Shown here one piece after another: positions 45,419 to 54,660 of a stretch of 64,000 nucleotides of DNA. The stretch's first letter is position 1. Each line of letters begins with the position of its first letter. Made by a program: the position numbers and the translations under genes. The notes beneath the pieces were generated by a model. It saw only the letters and a program-made list of their open reading frames with translations, searched no databases and was not told the origin of the DNA. Source of the DNA: an uncultured delta proteobacterium (GTDB taxonomy: Bacteria > Myxococcota_A > Polyangia > Fen-1088); contig CAVWUP010000006.1 in the NCBI GenBank assembly GCA_963758155.1, positions 22,399 to 86,398 on the forward strand, written 5' to 3'.

Positions 45419-46789
45419 ATGAATGCAAAGAACGAGTCCGCAGACGCTGCGGTTCGCCGTCTGGGCGGCCGGACCCGCGCGCTGGCTCTGGAGATCGCGG
45501 CCGAGGCGCGCGCCGAGTGGGGTTTCCTCACGGACATCATGGCGGCGGCGTTTCGCGCGAACCGGCAGCTGGGCAGCGGCGATCGCAGGTTGATCTCCGA
45601 GACGGTGTACGGGTTGGTGCGCTGGGAGCGACGGCTGGAGGCAGTGGTTGACGAGTTGCTTGCATTGGCGCAGGGTCGCGGCAAGCCTGAGGCGCTGTCG
45701 CCGGCTGGCCGGCAGGAACTCAAGCTCATCGTGTATGAGTTACGCAACGGCTTGCCGGTGGAAGCGGCCAAGGCCGACGTGCGGCGGATCTTGCGTCGTG
45801 ATGTTGATCTCACGACAGTCACCGCGGACGATGCGGGCTTGGGCCGCAGCGTGGGTATCGATCGCACGGCGTTGCGGCTGTCGTATCCGACTTGGATGAT
45901 GGAGCGACTGGTGACGGATCTGGGCGAGGCTGAGGCGCAGGCGCTGGCCGCGGCCATGAACACCCGGGCGCCGCTCACGGTGCGCAGCAACGGCGTAAAG
46001 GCGTCGCGCGAGGAGTTGGTCGCACGCCTGGCCGAGGAGGGCGTGGTGGCGCATCCGACGGAACTATCGCCCACCGGTCTGCTCTTCGAGACGCGCGTCA
46101 ATGCCTTTGGGCTGTCGGCATTTCGCGACGGCCTTTTCGAGGTGATGGACGAGGGAAGTCAGCTGGTGGCCGAAACCGTGGCGCCGCCGCCCAAGGGCCG
46201 CGTCGTGGACGCTTGCGCCGGCGCTGGCGGCAAGACTCTGGCTTTGGCAGCGCTGCTCGACGGACAGGGGCGCATCTTGGCGCTCGATTCCAATGGCAAG
46301 AAATTGGAAGAACTGCGGCGTCGCGCCCGGCGGGCCGGCCTGTCGAACCTGGCGGCGCGCGAGGTGCATGGAGGCGAGCTGCCCGCGGAGGCGAAGTTGG
46401 GCGCTTGGGATCGCGTATTGGTGGATGCGCCTTGCTCAGGCCTGGGCACCTTACGCCGCAATCCCGAGGCACGCTGGCGGCTCACGCCCAAGACCGTCGA
46501 CGGATTTTCGGCGCAGCAGCTTTCGCTGATGGTGACCTACGCGCCGCTGGTGGCGCCTGGCGGTCGGCTGATCTACGCGACCTGTACGCTGCTCCGGCGA
46601 GAGAACGAAGAGGTCGTCGAGCGATTCCTGGCCGAGAGGCCGGACTTCGTGCTCATGCCGCTCAAGGAGATCTGGGGCAAAGAGCGGGCTTTGTGCCTGG
46701 GCGACGGCACGTACTTGAAGGTCTACCCGCACAGTCACGGCACCGACGGCTTTTTCGCAGCCGTGCTGCGCCTGCCGCCGCGGAAGTAG
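45419..46789 (+). CDS. rsmB: NOL1/NOP2/Sun-family rRNA m5C methyltransferase (RsmB-like)
   Basis: 456 aa. NusB-like N-terminus, AdoMet site VVDACAGAGGKT, catalytic DRVLVDAPCSGLGTLRRNPE and TCTL. Confidence 0.85.
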   Translation: MNAKNESADAAVRRLGGRTRALALEIAAEARAEWGFLTDIMAAAFRANRQLGSGDRRLISETVYGLVRWERRLEAVVDELLALAQGRGKPEALSPAGRQELKLIVYELRNGLPVEAAKADVRRILRRDVDLTTVTADDAGLGRSVGIDRTALRLSYPTWMMERLVTDLGEAEAQALAAAMNTRAPLTVRSNGVKASREELVARLAEEGVVAHPTELSPTGLLFETRVNAFGLSAFRDGLFEVMDEGSQLVAETVAPPPKGRVVDACAGAGGKTLALAALLDGQGRILALDSNGKKLEELRRRARRAGLSNLAAREVHGGELPAEAKLGAWDRVLVDAPCSGLGTLRRNPEARWRLTPKTVDGFSAQQLSLMVTYAPLVAPGGRLIYATCTLLRRENEEVVERFLAERPDFVLMPLKEIWGKERALCLGDGTYLKVYPHSHGTDGFFAAVLRLPPRK

Positions 46790-46797
46790 TTGGCTCC

Positions 46798-46926
46798 TTT
46801 TTTCACCACAGAGAGCACAGAGGACACCGAGGTCGGAAAGGAAGAAGGGGTTCGGACCGGACAGAACGCAACCCTTCCCTTTCCGATCCGGCTCTGTGAC
46901 CTCTGTGATCTCCGTGGTGAAAAAAA
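46798..46926. repeat. Palindromic MITE/REP-like element, copy A
   Basis: T6-CACCACAGAGAGCACAGAGGACAC...GTGACCTCTGTGATCTCCGTGGTG-A6. Arms of about 35 nt are imperfectly complementary. It starts 8 nt after the rsmB stop. Confidence 0.75.
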
Positions 46927-47117
46927 CTAGCTTCCCTCCGGTCGGCGCCGGCGCGGGAAGAGCAGGGCGTAGGATCCGGGGCCGCGCTGGACGACCACCA
47001 CGAGCTTGGGACGATAGGCGTGGCGGTATTGCTGGTACCAAGCCTCGTGTCGAATCAGCAGATCCTTCTCGATGCTGGTCCTGGCCACAGCGTGCGCTGT
47101 GTACTATTGCTTGAGCC

Positions 47118-48335
47118 GTGCCCAATTCCGTTTCGCCCTCCGGTTCGTCACGGCGCGCCCAGTCCATCCCCGCTGGACCTGCGCCGCGTGCCCTGTGCGA
47201 GCGTTGCCGTCGACCCGCCACCGTCTGCTACTGCGCACATATCACGCCTCTCGAAACCCGCACGCGCGTGATCGTTTTGCAACACCCGCGCGAGCGTGAC
47301 GTGGGCATCGGCACCGCACGCATTGCGCGGCTGTGTTTGCCAGGCGCCGTGTTGCGTGTGGGCATCGATTTTTCCGACGACCCGGTGGTGCAGGCCGCGC
47401 TGGCCAGCGGCGAGAGCCATGTCATTTATCCGGGGCCGGCGGCGCGTGACGTGGAATCCATGCCGCCTGGTCAGCCCATGATTTTGATTCTGGTCGACGG
47501 CACTTGGGGCCAGGCGCACAGGCTGCTCAAGGCCAACCCGGCGCTCACGCGCCTGCCGCAGTTGCGTTTCACTCCGCCCCAGGAGAGTGCCTACAACCCC
47601 ATCCGACGCGAACCCGCCTTTCATTGCATGGCCACCATCGAGGCGCTGGCCCATGTGCTCGGCTATCTGGAAGGTGATCGCGAGCGCTTCCAGAGCTTGC
47701 TGCGGCCTTTCCACTCGATGGTGGAGACGCAGCTACGCTACGCCCAGTCCAGCTCGGGCAGCCGCCATCGCCTTCACTCGCGACGCAACAGTCGCCCGGC
47801 GCGCAGCCCGATTCCGACGGTTTTGCGCGAGCGCCGGGCCGACATCCTGTGCGTGCACGGCGAGGCCAACACCTGGCCGCGCCACGCGCCCACGCGCCAC
47901 CCGGCCGAGATCGTGCACTGGCTGGCGCGTCGGCCGTCGAGCGGCGAAGCCTTCGAGGCGGTGATCGCCCCGCGCCACAGCCTGGCGCCGACCACGCCCT
48001 TCCACATCCGACTGAGTAGCGGCGCGCTTCTGGCAGGGGAAAGCTGGGAATCGTTCGCGGCGCGCTGGCAGGCATTCTTGCGGCCCAGCGACGTCATCGT
48101 GTCGTGGGGACATTTTCCTGTGGATACCCTGGCTGCCGGCGGCGTGGTTCTGCCTCGGCCGCGCTACGACGTCCGGGCACTGGCTGGCGCAGTTCTCAAG
48201 AAACGCACCGGCACCGTCGAGCATTGCCTGCCCCACATGCAGATTTCCGCGCCCGAGCCCTGCGGCGCCGGCCGCGGCGGCGCGCGCCTGGCCGGACTGT
48301 GTGCGGTCGTCGAGCAACTGTTGGCGGGAGGCTAG
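47118..48335 (+). CDS. DTW-domain tRNA-uridine aminocarboxypropyltransferase-like protein with ~190-aa C-terminal extension
   Basis: GTG start. CERCRRPATVCYC zinc-like motif, VLQHPRE, and ILILVDGTWGQA (the DTW motif). The C-terminal half has no assignment. Confidence 0.8.
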   Translation: MPNSVSPSGSSRRAQSIPAGPAPRALCERCRRPATVCYCAHITPLETRTRVIVLQHPRERDVGIGTARIARLCLPGAVLRVGIDFSDDPVVQAALASGESHVIYPGPAARDVESMPPGQPMILILVDGTWGQAHRLLKANPALTRLPQLRFTPPQESAYNPIRREPAFHCMATIEALAHVLGYLEGDRERFQSLLRPFHSMVETQLRYAQSSSGSRHRLHSRRNSRPARSPIPTVLRERRADILCVHGEANTWPRHAPTRHPAEIVHWLARRPSSGEAFEAVIAPRHSLAPTTPFHIRLSSGALLAGESWESFAARWQAFLRPSDVIVSWGHFPVDTLAAGGVVLPRPRYDVRALAGAVLKKRTGTVEHCLPHMQISAPEPCGAGRGGARLAGLCAVVEQLLAGG

Positions 48336-48336
48336 C

Positions 48337-48450
48337 TTTTTTCACCACAGAGGGCACAGCGAACACAGAGATCGGAGGGGAAGAAGGGCTTTGGACCGGA
48401 CAGAATCCAACTTTTCGGCCCGGCTCTGTCTGTCCTCTGTGGTGAAGAAG
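48337..48450. repeat. Palindromic MITE/REP-like element, copy B
   Basis: T6-CACCACAGAGGGCACAGCGAACACAGAG...CTCTGTGGTGAAGAAG. Colinear with copy A. It starts 1 nt after the DTW gene stop (GCTAGC junction). Confidence 0.75.
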
Positions 48451-48478
48451 GATTCTGGTGGTGTAGTTTTCCCTGTCC

Positions 48479-51427
48479 ATGTCTTTCCACTTGATCTCGC
48501 GCTTCCTGCTGCGCGCGCCACTGCTTCCTGTGCGCGGACTGCGCAATCCGCAAGCGGCGCTGCGGCGGCATCCCTTGGGCGCCATGGCTGTGGAGCTGGC
48601 CAGTTCGGATCTGGCAACGGCGTTGCAACGAGAGCCGGGCTCTGCTGCTGCGGCCGCGCTTTCACGCTACGCCCGCCGTGCGGCCTTTCGTCCGACGCCG
48701 GCAGGCCTTCTGGCAGGCGTGGCCGTGGGCCGGCTAGGCGCGCGCACCCGTCTTGCAACCAATGAGGTCGAGCCTGTCGTGGCTCCGACCTGGGAGCGCG
48801 TGGCGGCGCTGGGGCGCGCGCTGCTCGACGAGCCGGAGATTCGTCCTGGCGTGAGTCTGCGAATTGCGCCGTCGCTGATGGCCGTGGGAGCGCGGGCTGT
48901 TTGGCTGGCTCTTGGCCACGACGGACTTGAGGTGCGCGCCAGCGACGTCGATGTCGTGCTGGAAACCGTGATTGCGAGCGCGCAAGAGTGGACGCCCTGG
49001 GCTGCGGTGAACGGGGCGATTGAGGCTGCGGTCCGTGGCGAGGCAGGCGACGTGGACGAGTTGTTGCTCGTGCTCGTCGACCGCGGCGTGCTCTGCCACG
49101 ATTTTGCGCCGCCGCTCGTGGGTCAGCCGCCGGCGCAGTGGTTGGTCCAGCGCCTGGCGCGGCTGCCGGTTGAAGTCGAGGCCCTGGTCGATCCGATTCG
49201 CCAGCGACTGCGGGGAATTTCGTCGACTGACTTGGCCGGAACGCGCGCCGCCTTGGCTGGGCTGCCTGGCGCCAACGAGTCGGCGACCGACGTGATGAGC
49301 ACGCTCCTTCATCGCCCGCGTGGCGAGCCGATGCTTTCGCGACGGGCGGTTGCGCGGGCAGCGGCTTGCGCGCCTCTCCTGTTGCGCCTGCAGGAGGCAT
49401 TGGCTGGGCCGGTGGCAGAGCGCGTTTGCGATTCCGGTCTGGCCGAGCAGCTGGATTCCATGGTCGAGGTCCTCGGCGCCGGCGCGTTGGACCTCACGGA
49501 CTTGGCCACCGGCGGCTATGGCAGCGGCTTGGCCGAAACCGACGACGAGCCCGCGCGCGGCGACGGCGGACGTGAGGTGCTGGCGTTTCTCGCGGATGCG
49601 GTCGCACAGGCCGCTGCTGCGGGCAAGGCCGAGATCACACTCGATCCCGCGGCGCTCGATGCCATCCTGCCTGCGCTCGGCACGCCACCGACCTTCGAGC
49701 TGTTCCTGTCGCCGGCCCGCGAGCCGCCGCGCGCGCCGCCGGGCACGGGCTGGCTGCTCGGACTGCACGCGCCCGCTGGGGCGAGCTGGGGACGTTTTTC
49801 CGGCGCGCTGGGCGCTCCCATGCGCGAGGCCCTGGCCGAACTGGCCGCAGCGGAAAAGCAAGCGCGACCCGGCGAGAGAGCGCTGGACGTGGTGTACGCG
49901 CCGTCGCCCGCGCAGGCGGATCTATGCGCTCATCCGCCCGTGCGCGAGGCTGCGTTGGCTCTGGTGGGCTGGCCCGAGGGCGCGGCGACAACCCCGGCGG
50001 AACTTGCGCTGGTCGTGGATCCAGCGGCTGTGGAACCCCTGGCTTTGCGAGATTCGACCTCGCAGCCTATCACTCCGAGTCCGCTCCATCGCGTGCGCTC
50101 CGCGACGGCGCCGTCCGGGATCTATCGCCTGTTGGCCGGCTGGTCGTTGGCCCGGCAGCACGCGCCCTGGGCGTTTTCATGGGGCGCGCTCGCTGGGCTG
50201 AAATTCCTGCCGCGTGTGGTTCTCGACGGCTTCGTGGTGGCGCCCGCCAGTTGGCGCGTTCCTTCCCCCGCGCAAATCGCGCGTCCGACCGCGCTCGCGC
50301 GTTGGCGTCGACAGAACCGCGTTCCAGCTGCTGTGCAGGCAGGCGAGGGCGACGAGTTGCTTTATCTGGATCTGCGTGCGGCTGGCGCGTGTACAGAGCT
50401 GGCGCGTTTTGCCGGCGGTCGAGTCTTCGAGATCTGGCCGCCGCTCGGCGAGTTGCCGGACGCCGGTGGCCGTCGCGTCGAAGCGGTGGTGGCTGTGGCC
50501 CATGTCCCGGACCCGGACGAACGCGAAGGCCTGACGGCAGCCATCGCGGCGACCCGGGCGGCCGGACGCGTGCCGTCGCCAGCTCAGGCGCCGCCTGCCG
50601 AGAATTGGATCAGCCTGCGCGTCTACGGCGCGGTCGAGCGGCAGGACGCCGTTCTTGTCGAGGCTGTGGCCCCGGCGGTCAGGGCCGCGCTCGCCGCAGG
50701 AGAGATCGACACGTGGTTCTTCTTGCCCTACGTCGACCAGCCCGGCCAACGCCACCACCTGCGCGTGCGCGGCCACGCGGGTTCAGAGCGCAAGGCCGAA
50801 GCCTTTGGCCGCCGCGTGCGGCGTGCCCTGCCGCCCCTGCGTGAGCGAGGCGACGTGGTGAGCGTGGAATCCGGCGAATACTTCCGCGAAACTGCGCGCT
50901 ACGGCGGGGAAGCGCTCATGCCTGCGGTGGAGCGTCTGTTTCAGGGCAGCAGCGAGCTGGTCATGGCTGTCTTGGAAGCCGAGAACCAGGGCGCGGGGCA
51001 GGCTGATCGCGTGGCCCTCGCGGTCCGCGCTGCAGACGCCATGGCCAGCGGTATGGGCTTGGACGTCGACGCACGAATGGAATTGGCGAGGCAGCGTCGG
51101 GAGGCCTGTGCGCACGCGGGACTTCTCGACCAGGAACAGGCGCGGCAAGAATATCGACGAGGTTCGCGGCAGCTTTTCGCTTGGCTCGCCGGCCGGGAAG
51201 ATGATGCCTTCACACCCGCGCTTTCGGCTCTGAAAAACACCGCCGCGTCGGTGGCGGCGTCACTGGATGCCGATTTGCACATGGCCTTGCAGCGGAAACT
51301 GCCGGTCCTGCTTCACGTGCAGGCCGTGCGCCTTGCTGGCCCGAACGCCAACGCCGAGGCTCTCTCCCACTACCTCTGGCATCGCACGCTTGAGAGCATC
51401 ACAGCTCGGAGCAGACGGCCGGGGTGA
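48479..51427 (+). CDS. Full-length LanB-type (class I lanthipeptide) dehydratase-like protein
   Basis: 982 aa. The N-terminus MSFHLISRFLLRAPLLPV is typical of Lant_dehydr_N proteins. The C-terminal ~270 aa match the SpaB_C / thiopeptide-type elimination domain (NWISLRVYG...DTWFFLPYVDQPGQRHHLRVRG). Confidence 0.8.
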   Translation: MSFHLISRFLLRAPLLPVRGLRNPQAALRRHPLGAMAVELASSDLATALQREPGSAAAAALSRYARRAAFRPTPAGLLAGVAVGRLGARTRLATNEVEPVVAPTWERVAALGRALLDEPEIRPGVSLRIAPSLMAVGARAVWLALGHDGLEVRASDVDVVLETVIASAQEWTPWAAVNGAIEAAVRGEAGDVDELLLVLVDRGVLCHDFAPPLVGQPPAQWLVQRLARLPVEVEALVDPIRQRLRGISSTDLAGTRAALAGLPGANESATDVMSTLLHRPRGEPMLSRRAVARAAACAPLLLRLQEALAGPVAERVCDSGLAEQLDSMVEVLGAGALDLTDLATGGYGSGLAETDDEPARGDGGREVLAFLADAVAQAAAAGKAEITLDPAALDAILPALGTPPTFELFLSPAREPPRAPPGTGWLLGLHAPAGASWGRFSGALGAPMREALAELAAAEKQARPGERALDVVYAPSPAQADLCAHPPVREAALALVGWPEGAATTPAELALVVDPAAVEPLALRDSTSQPITPSPLHRVRSATAPSGIYRLLAGWSLARQHAPWAFSWGALAGLKFLPRVVLDGFVVAPASWRVPSPAQIARPTALARWRRQNRVPAAVQAGEGDELLYLDLRAAGACTELARFAGGRVFEIWPPLGELPDAGGRRVEAVVAVAHVPDPDEREGLTAAIAATRAAGRVPSPAQAPPAENWISLRVYGAVERQDAVLVEAVAPAVRAALAAGEIDTWFFLPYVDQPGQRHHLRVRGHAGSERKAEAFGRRVRRALPPLRERGDVVSVESGEYFRETARYGGEALMPAVERLFQGSSELVMAVLEAENQGAGQADRVALAVRAADAMASGMGLDVDARMELARQRREACAHAGLLDQEQARQEYRRGSRQLFAWLAGREDDAFTPALSALKNTAASVAASLDADLHMALQRKLPVLLHVQAVRLAGPNANAEALSHYLWHRTLESITARSRRPG

Positions 51428-51428
51428 A

Positions 51429-51797
51429 TCAGTTTTGTAGCTTGTTGTGCGCGGCGAGTTTCGCCCGCACTTGCGCCATGTCCAGATCCTTGACCCGGCC
51501 CGCGAGCGCTTCCAGGGCCTCCTCGGGCATGGCTCCTGTCTGAGCGAAGACTAGGATGCCGTCCCGAAATATCATGAGCGTCGGGATCGCCCGAATGCCA
51601 AAGGTCATCGCCAGGTCCGGGTACTCTTCTGCGTTGACCTTGGCGAACACGACTCCAGGATTCTTGTCAGCCACTCTTTCAAAGATGGGTCCGAAGACGC
51701 GGCACGGCCCGCACCACGGAGCCCACCAATCAACGAACACGATTCCGTTCTTGAGTAGGGCCGGGAAGTCTTGCTCGTTCACGTTCTGCATCGGCAT
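51429..51797 (-). CDS. trxA: Thioredoxin
   Basis: 122 aa with the WCGPC active site and AIPTLMIF cis-Pro loop. Confidence 0.9.
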   Translation of the reverse strand: MPMQNVNEQDFPALLKNGIVFVDWWAPWCGPCRVFGPIFERVADKNPGVVFAKVNAEEYPDLAMTFGIRAIPTLMIFRDGILVFAQTGAMPEEALEALAGRVKDLDMAQVRAKLAAHNKLQN

Positions 51798-51863
51798 GGC
51801 GTACCTGCCATGACTTTTCGATGCCTGCTTCTTGCAGAGGTTACGTGCCGGCTTGCCGTCGCG

Positions 51864-52142
51864 TTACTCGTCCTCGCCGTGATCTTCGTCCTTCTCCGCC
51901 GACTCTCGGCGTAGAACTTCCTGCAAGAGCGTGCGCTCGATGCACGACTGGACCGGGACGGTTTCTTCGATGGGAATCACCTGCTGAGGAGCGGCGTTGG
52001 GCGCGTCGGCTGCTGCCTCGTCGTCTTTTCCGCTCACAGCCGGGATCTCTCTGGTCTTATCGAGTTGGTCGAGGGGAATAGGCACGCCGGCAATCCTACG
52101 CGACACCGGACGGGTTTGGGGCCGAGCCATTGCTCTTGTCAT
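51864..52142 (-). CDS. Hypothetical acidic protein upstream of thioredoxin
   Basis: ATG at 52142 preceded by GGAGAA. 92 aa ending in EKDEDHGEDE. No family recognised. Confidence 0.45.
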   Translation of the reverse strand: MTRAMARPQTRPVSRRIAGVPIPLDQLDKTREIPAVSGKDDEAAADAPNAAPQQVIPIEETVPVQSCIERTLLQEVLRRESAEKDEDHGEDE

Positions 52143-52340
52143 CGGTTCTCCTGCGGGCCGCTTGAACGCAGACAACAACCATCGGGTTCGGTCCTCGGAC
52201 TTGCGATTGGGCCAAGCGATGCACACCAACAGCATAGATCACATGGCGCCCCGCCGGTAAGGGGCTTCACCCTTGCGCAGCCCGGCGGGGGCGCGCGTTG
52301 TCCGGGCGCGCTGGTCCAGCATGGACGCCAGCGTGATGGT

Positions 52341-53546
52341 ATGAAGGGGCCAATGAAGCCACCGCAGGAAGAAAATTTCGCCGCACTTCTGCAAGAGTTC
52401 GAGGGCAAGAACGCGCGTCGGGCTGAGCCCGAGGTGCGAGCGGGTGATTCCGTGCGTGGCCGCGTCATCTCGCTGGGCCGCGAGACCGCTTTCGTGGAAC
52501 TGGCGGGCGGCAAGACCGAGGGCATGATCGATCTGCAGCAGCTGCGCGACCAGGACGGCAACCTGACGGTCAAAGTTGGCGACGAGATCGAGGCGCGCGT
52601 GGTGGAAACCATGGGCAAGTCGGGCTGTGTGGTTTTGCGCCGTACCGCGGTCGCGCGCGGGCCCGAGGCCAAGGCCGAACTGCAGCAGGCGGCCCAACTC
52701 GGCCTGGCCGTGGAAGGCACGGTCACCGGCGTGAACAAAGGCGGGGTCGAGGTGCTGGTGGCGGGTGTGCGCGGGTTTTGTCCGATTTCGCAGCTGGAAA
52801 TGCGCCACGTGGAAGACGCCAACGAGTACGTGGGGCGCAAGCTGGAGTTCCGAATCACCCGCTACGATGTCGACCGACGCGGGGACAACTTGGTGGTTTC
52901 GCGGCGTGCATTGCTGGAAGCCGAGGCGCGGTCGCGGGCCGACAAGATTCGCAGCAAGCTGGTGCCGGGCGCCGTCTTGCCCGGCGTGGTGGTTGCGCTC
53001 AAGGATTTCGGCGCGTTCATCGACCTGGGCGGGGTGCAGGGCATGCTGCCGGCATCCGAACTCGGATTCTCGCGTGGGATGCGGCCGGCTGACCGGCTGT
53101 CGCTGGGGCAACAGCTCGAGGTTCAGATCCTTCGCGTGGAGAAGACCGACGATCCCAAACGACCCGAACGGATTTCGTTGTCGCTCAAGTCGCTGGAACG
53201 GGATCCGTGGGAGGACGTGGCCACGCAGTTTCCGTCGGGAACCAGAATTTCGGGCCGGGTCACGCGCATCGAGGCGTTCGGCGCATTTGTCGAGCTGGCG
53301 CCGGGGATCGAGGGCTTGGTCCATATCGGCGAGCTGTCAGCGGGCAAGCCTGTGCGCAACGCACGCGAACTGACCAAGGTGGGTGTCACGCTGGAGGTCA
53401 CCGTGCTGGCGCTGGATCGGGAACGGCGTCGCATCTCGCTGGGCGTGGGCGAGCGCACCGATGTGGTGTCGCAGGAAGATCTGGACGCGGCTCGCGCGCC
53501 GGCCCGTCTGGGAACCCTGGGCGATCTCTTCAAGAAGAAGCTGTAG
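52341..53546 (+). CDS. S1 RNA-binding domain protein (four S1 repeats)
   Basis: ATG at 52341 in ORF 52065..53546. Four units of the G..V.G.V......G.FV.L....G..H.S pattern (for example GRVTRIEAFGAFVELAPGIEGLVHIGELS). Confidence 0.8.
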   Translation: MKGPMKPPQEENFAALLQEFEGKNARRAEPEVRAGDSVRGRVISLGRETAFVELAGGKTEGMIDLQQLRDQDGNLTVKVGDEIEARVVETMGKSGCVVLRRTAVARGPEAKAELQQAAQLGLAVEGTVTGVNKGGVEVLVAGVRGFCPISQLEMRHVEDANEYVGRKLEFRITRYDVDRRGDNLVVSRRALLEAEARSRADKIRSKLVPGAVLPGVVVALKDFGAFIDLGGVQGMLPASELGFSRGMRPADRLSLGQQLEVQILRVEKTDDPKRPERISLSLKSLERDPWEDVATQFPSGTRISGRVTRIEAFGAFVELAPGIEGLVHIGELSAGKPVRNARELTKVGVTLEVTVLALDRERRRISLGVGERTDVVSQEDLDAARAPARLGTLGDLFKKKL

Positions 53547-53551
53547 AGAAA

Positions 53552-54484
53552 TCATCGCGCGAGACGCACGCGATATTTGGCCACCATGTGGTGCGGGCCG
53601 TACGAGAGCTTGGCCCGCCGCAGTCCCGCATCGCCTGCGTCCTGTTCGCGGTTCACCCAGGCATATTGGGAAAGTGTGTTCTCGCACAACATCTGGTTCA
53701 TGGCCTGGTACAGGCCGCGGATTTCGGAATTGGCCTTTTCCACGATGACCAGCGCCGTGTCCCGGTTGAGCTGCGAGCCGATGGCAAAGGCTTCGATGCG
53801 ACCATCCACCCTGATGGTCGCGCCGGTCACCGGCAGATCTTGGTAGTGGCGCAAGAGATCGTGTACGGCCCGATCCTCGGCAGTCAGGCCTGGCAGGTCG
53901 CTGCGGCCGCGCGTGGCGAACCACCGGCGCTGAAAGTCGACGACTTCTGGCAGCGAGCGCGGATCGATCTCGGCGTAGGTGAAGTCGTAGCTTCGCATGA
54001 AGTTGCGAATGTGATTGCGCTTGCCGTCGTACCTGTGTCCGGGCAGATGGATGAGGTCCTGGGTCCGGTACACGTAGTCCGCGTTGTCTGGATCCTCTTC
54101 GGTCAAGAGTTCCCCGGTCGCCTCCGCATCCGCAGCCTGCCGCCCGGTCAGGCCATACACGAATCCTTCCTCGCCCCGCTCGCGCAGCCACCGCAGCATG
54201 TTGAGCATGGCCGCCACCGGATCGCGCGCCTGCAAGGGTGGGTAGAAACAACGCTTGCCGTGCCGAGTGATGAAGAGGCAAAGGGCACCTTCGAGATCGC
54301 TGATCTGGGTCTGCCGCACCCCGTGCCAGGCGAAGATCTCCGCGAAGTTCAGCTCCGATACCTCGGGCTGCTCGGACGCAAGAGCGCTATCGACGATCTC
54401 TCGATGCGGGACGTCGAGGGGCACAAATTCAGGAAACTCCGGGAGTTGGCCCATGGTCAGCTGGGAACGAGCGAGAGCGAACAT
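53552..54484 (-). CDS. DUF2156 (MprF/LysX C-terminal-like, acyltransferase fold) protein
   Basis: 310-aa ORF. YDGKRNHIRNF, EKANSEIRGLYQ and LRRAKLSYGP are typical of DUF2156. Confidence 0.7.
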   Translation of the reverse strand: MFALARSQLTMGQLPEFPEFVPLDVPHREIVDSALASEQPEVSELNFAEIFAWHGVRQTQISDLEGALCLFITRHGKRCFYPPLQARDPVAAMLNMLRWLRERGEEGFVYGLTGRQAADAEATGELLTEEDPDNADYVYRTQDLIHLPGHRYDGKRNHIRNFMRSYDFTYAEIDPRSLPEVVDFQRRWFATRGRSDLPGLTAEDRAVHDLLRHYQDLPVTGATIRVDGRIEAFAIGSQLNRDTALVIVEKANSEIRGLYQAMNQMLCENTLSQYAWVNREQDAGDAGLRRAKLSYGPHHMVAKYRVRLAR

Positions 54485-54660
54485 TCATAGCAAAGATGCC
54501 GGCCGTGGGGCCAAGGATGCTAAATTCGACATGTGCAATCCCGTAGATGGGGCCTGGGCTGGCTTGGTCGGCTCCTTGCGCGTATTCTGGGAATTAAGGG
54601 CGCGGCCGACCTGTCGGAATTTTATTGTCTGTCAACCCGCGTCCGAGGAGGAACCTAGCA

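Noticed and set aside
46927-47088. 53-codon minus-strand ORF (VARTSIEKDLLIRHEAWYQQYRHAYRPKLVVVVQRGPGSYALLFPRRRRPEGS*) ending at the CTAG next to MITE copy A
   Set aside because: It has a GTG start with no RBS and no recognisable family, and it is short. It reads like plausible protein text, but that is not enough evidence on its own.
48342-49400. 352-aa minus-strand Arg/Pro/Ala-rich ORF and similar ORFs antisense to the LanB-like gene, considered as possible precursor or partner genes
   Set aside because: They are shadow ORFs of GC-rich coding DNA. Their 3' parts are just translated MITE copy B (..FFTTEDRQS..LCSLCPLW). No Ser/Thr/Cys-rich core-peptide-like ORF was found.
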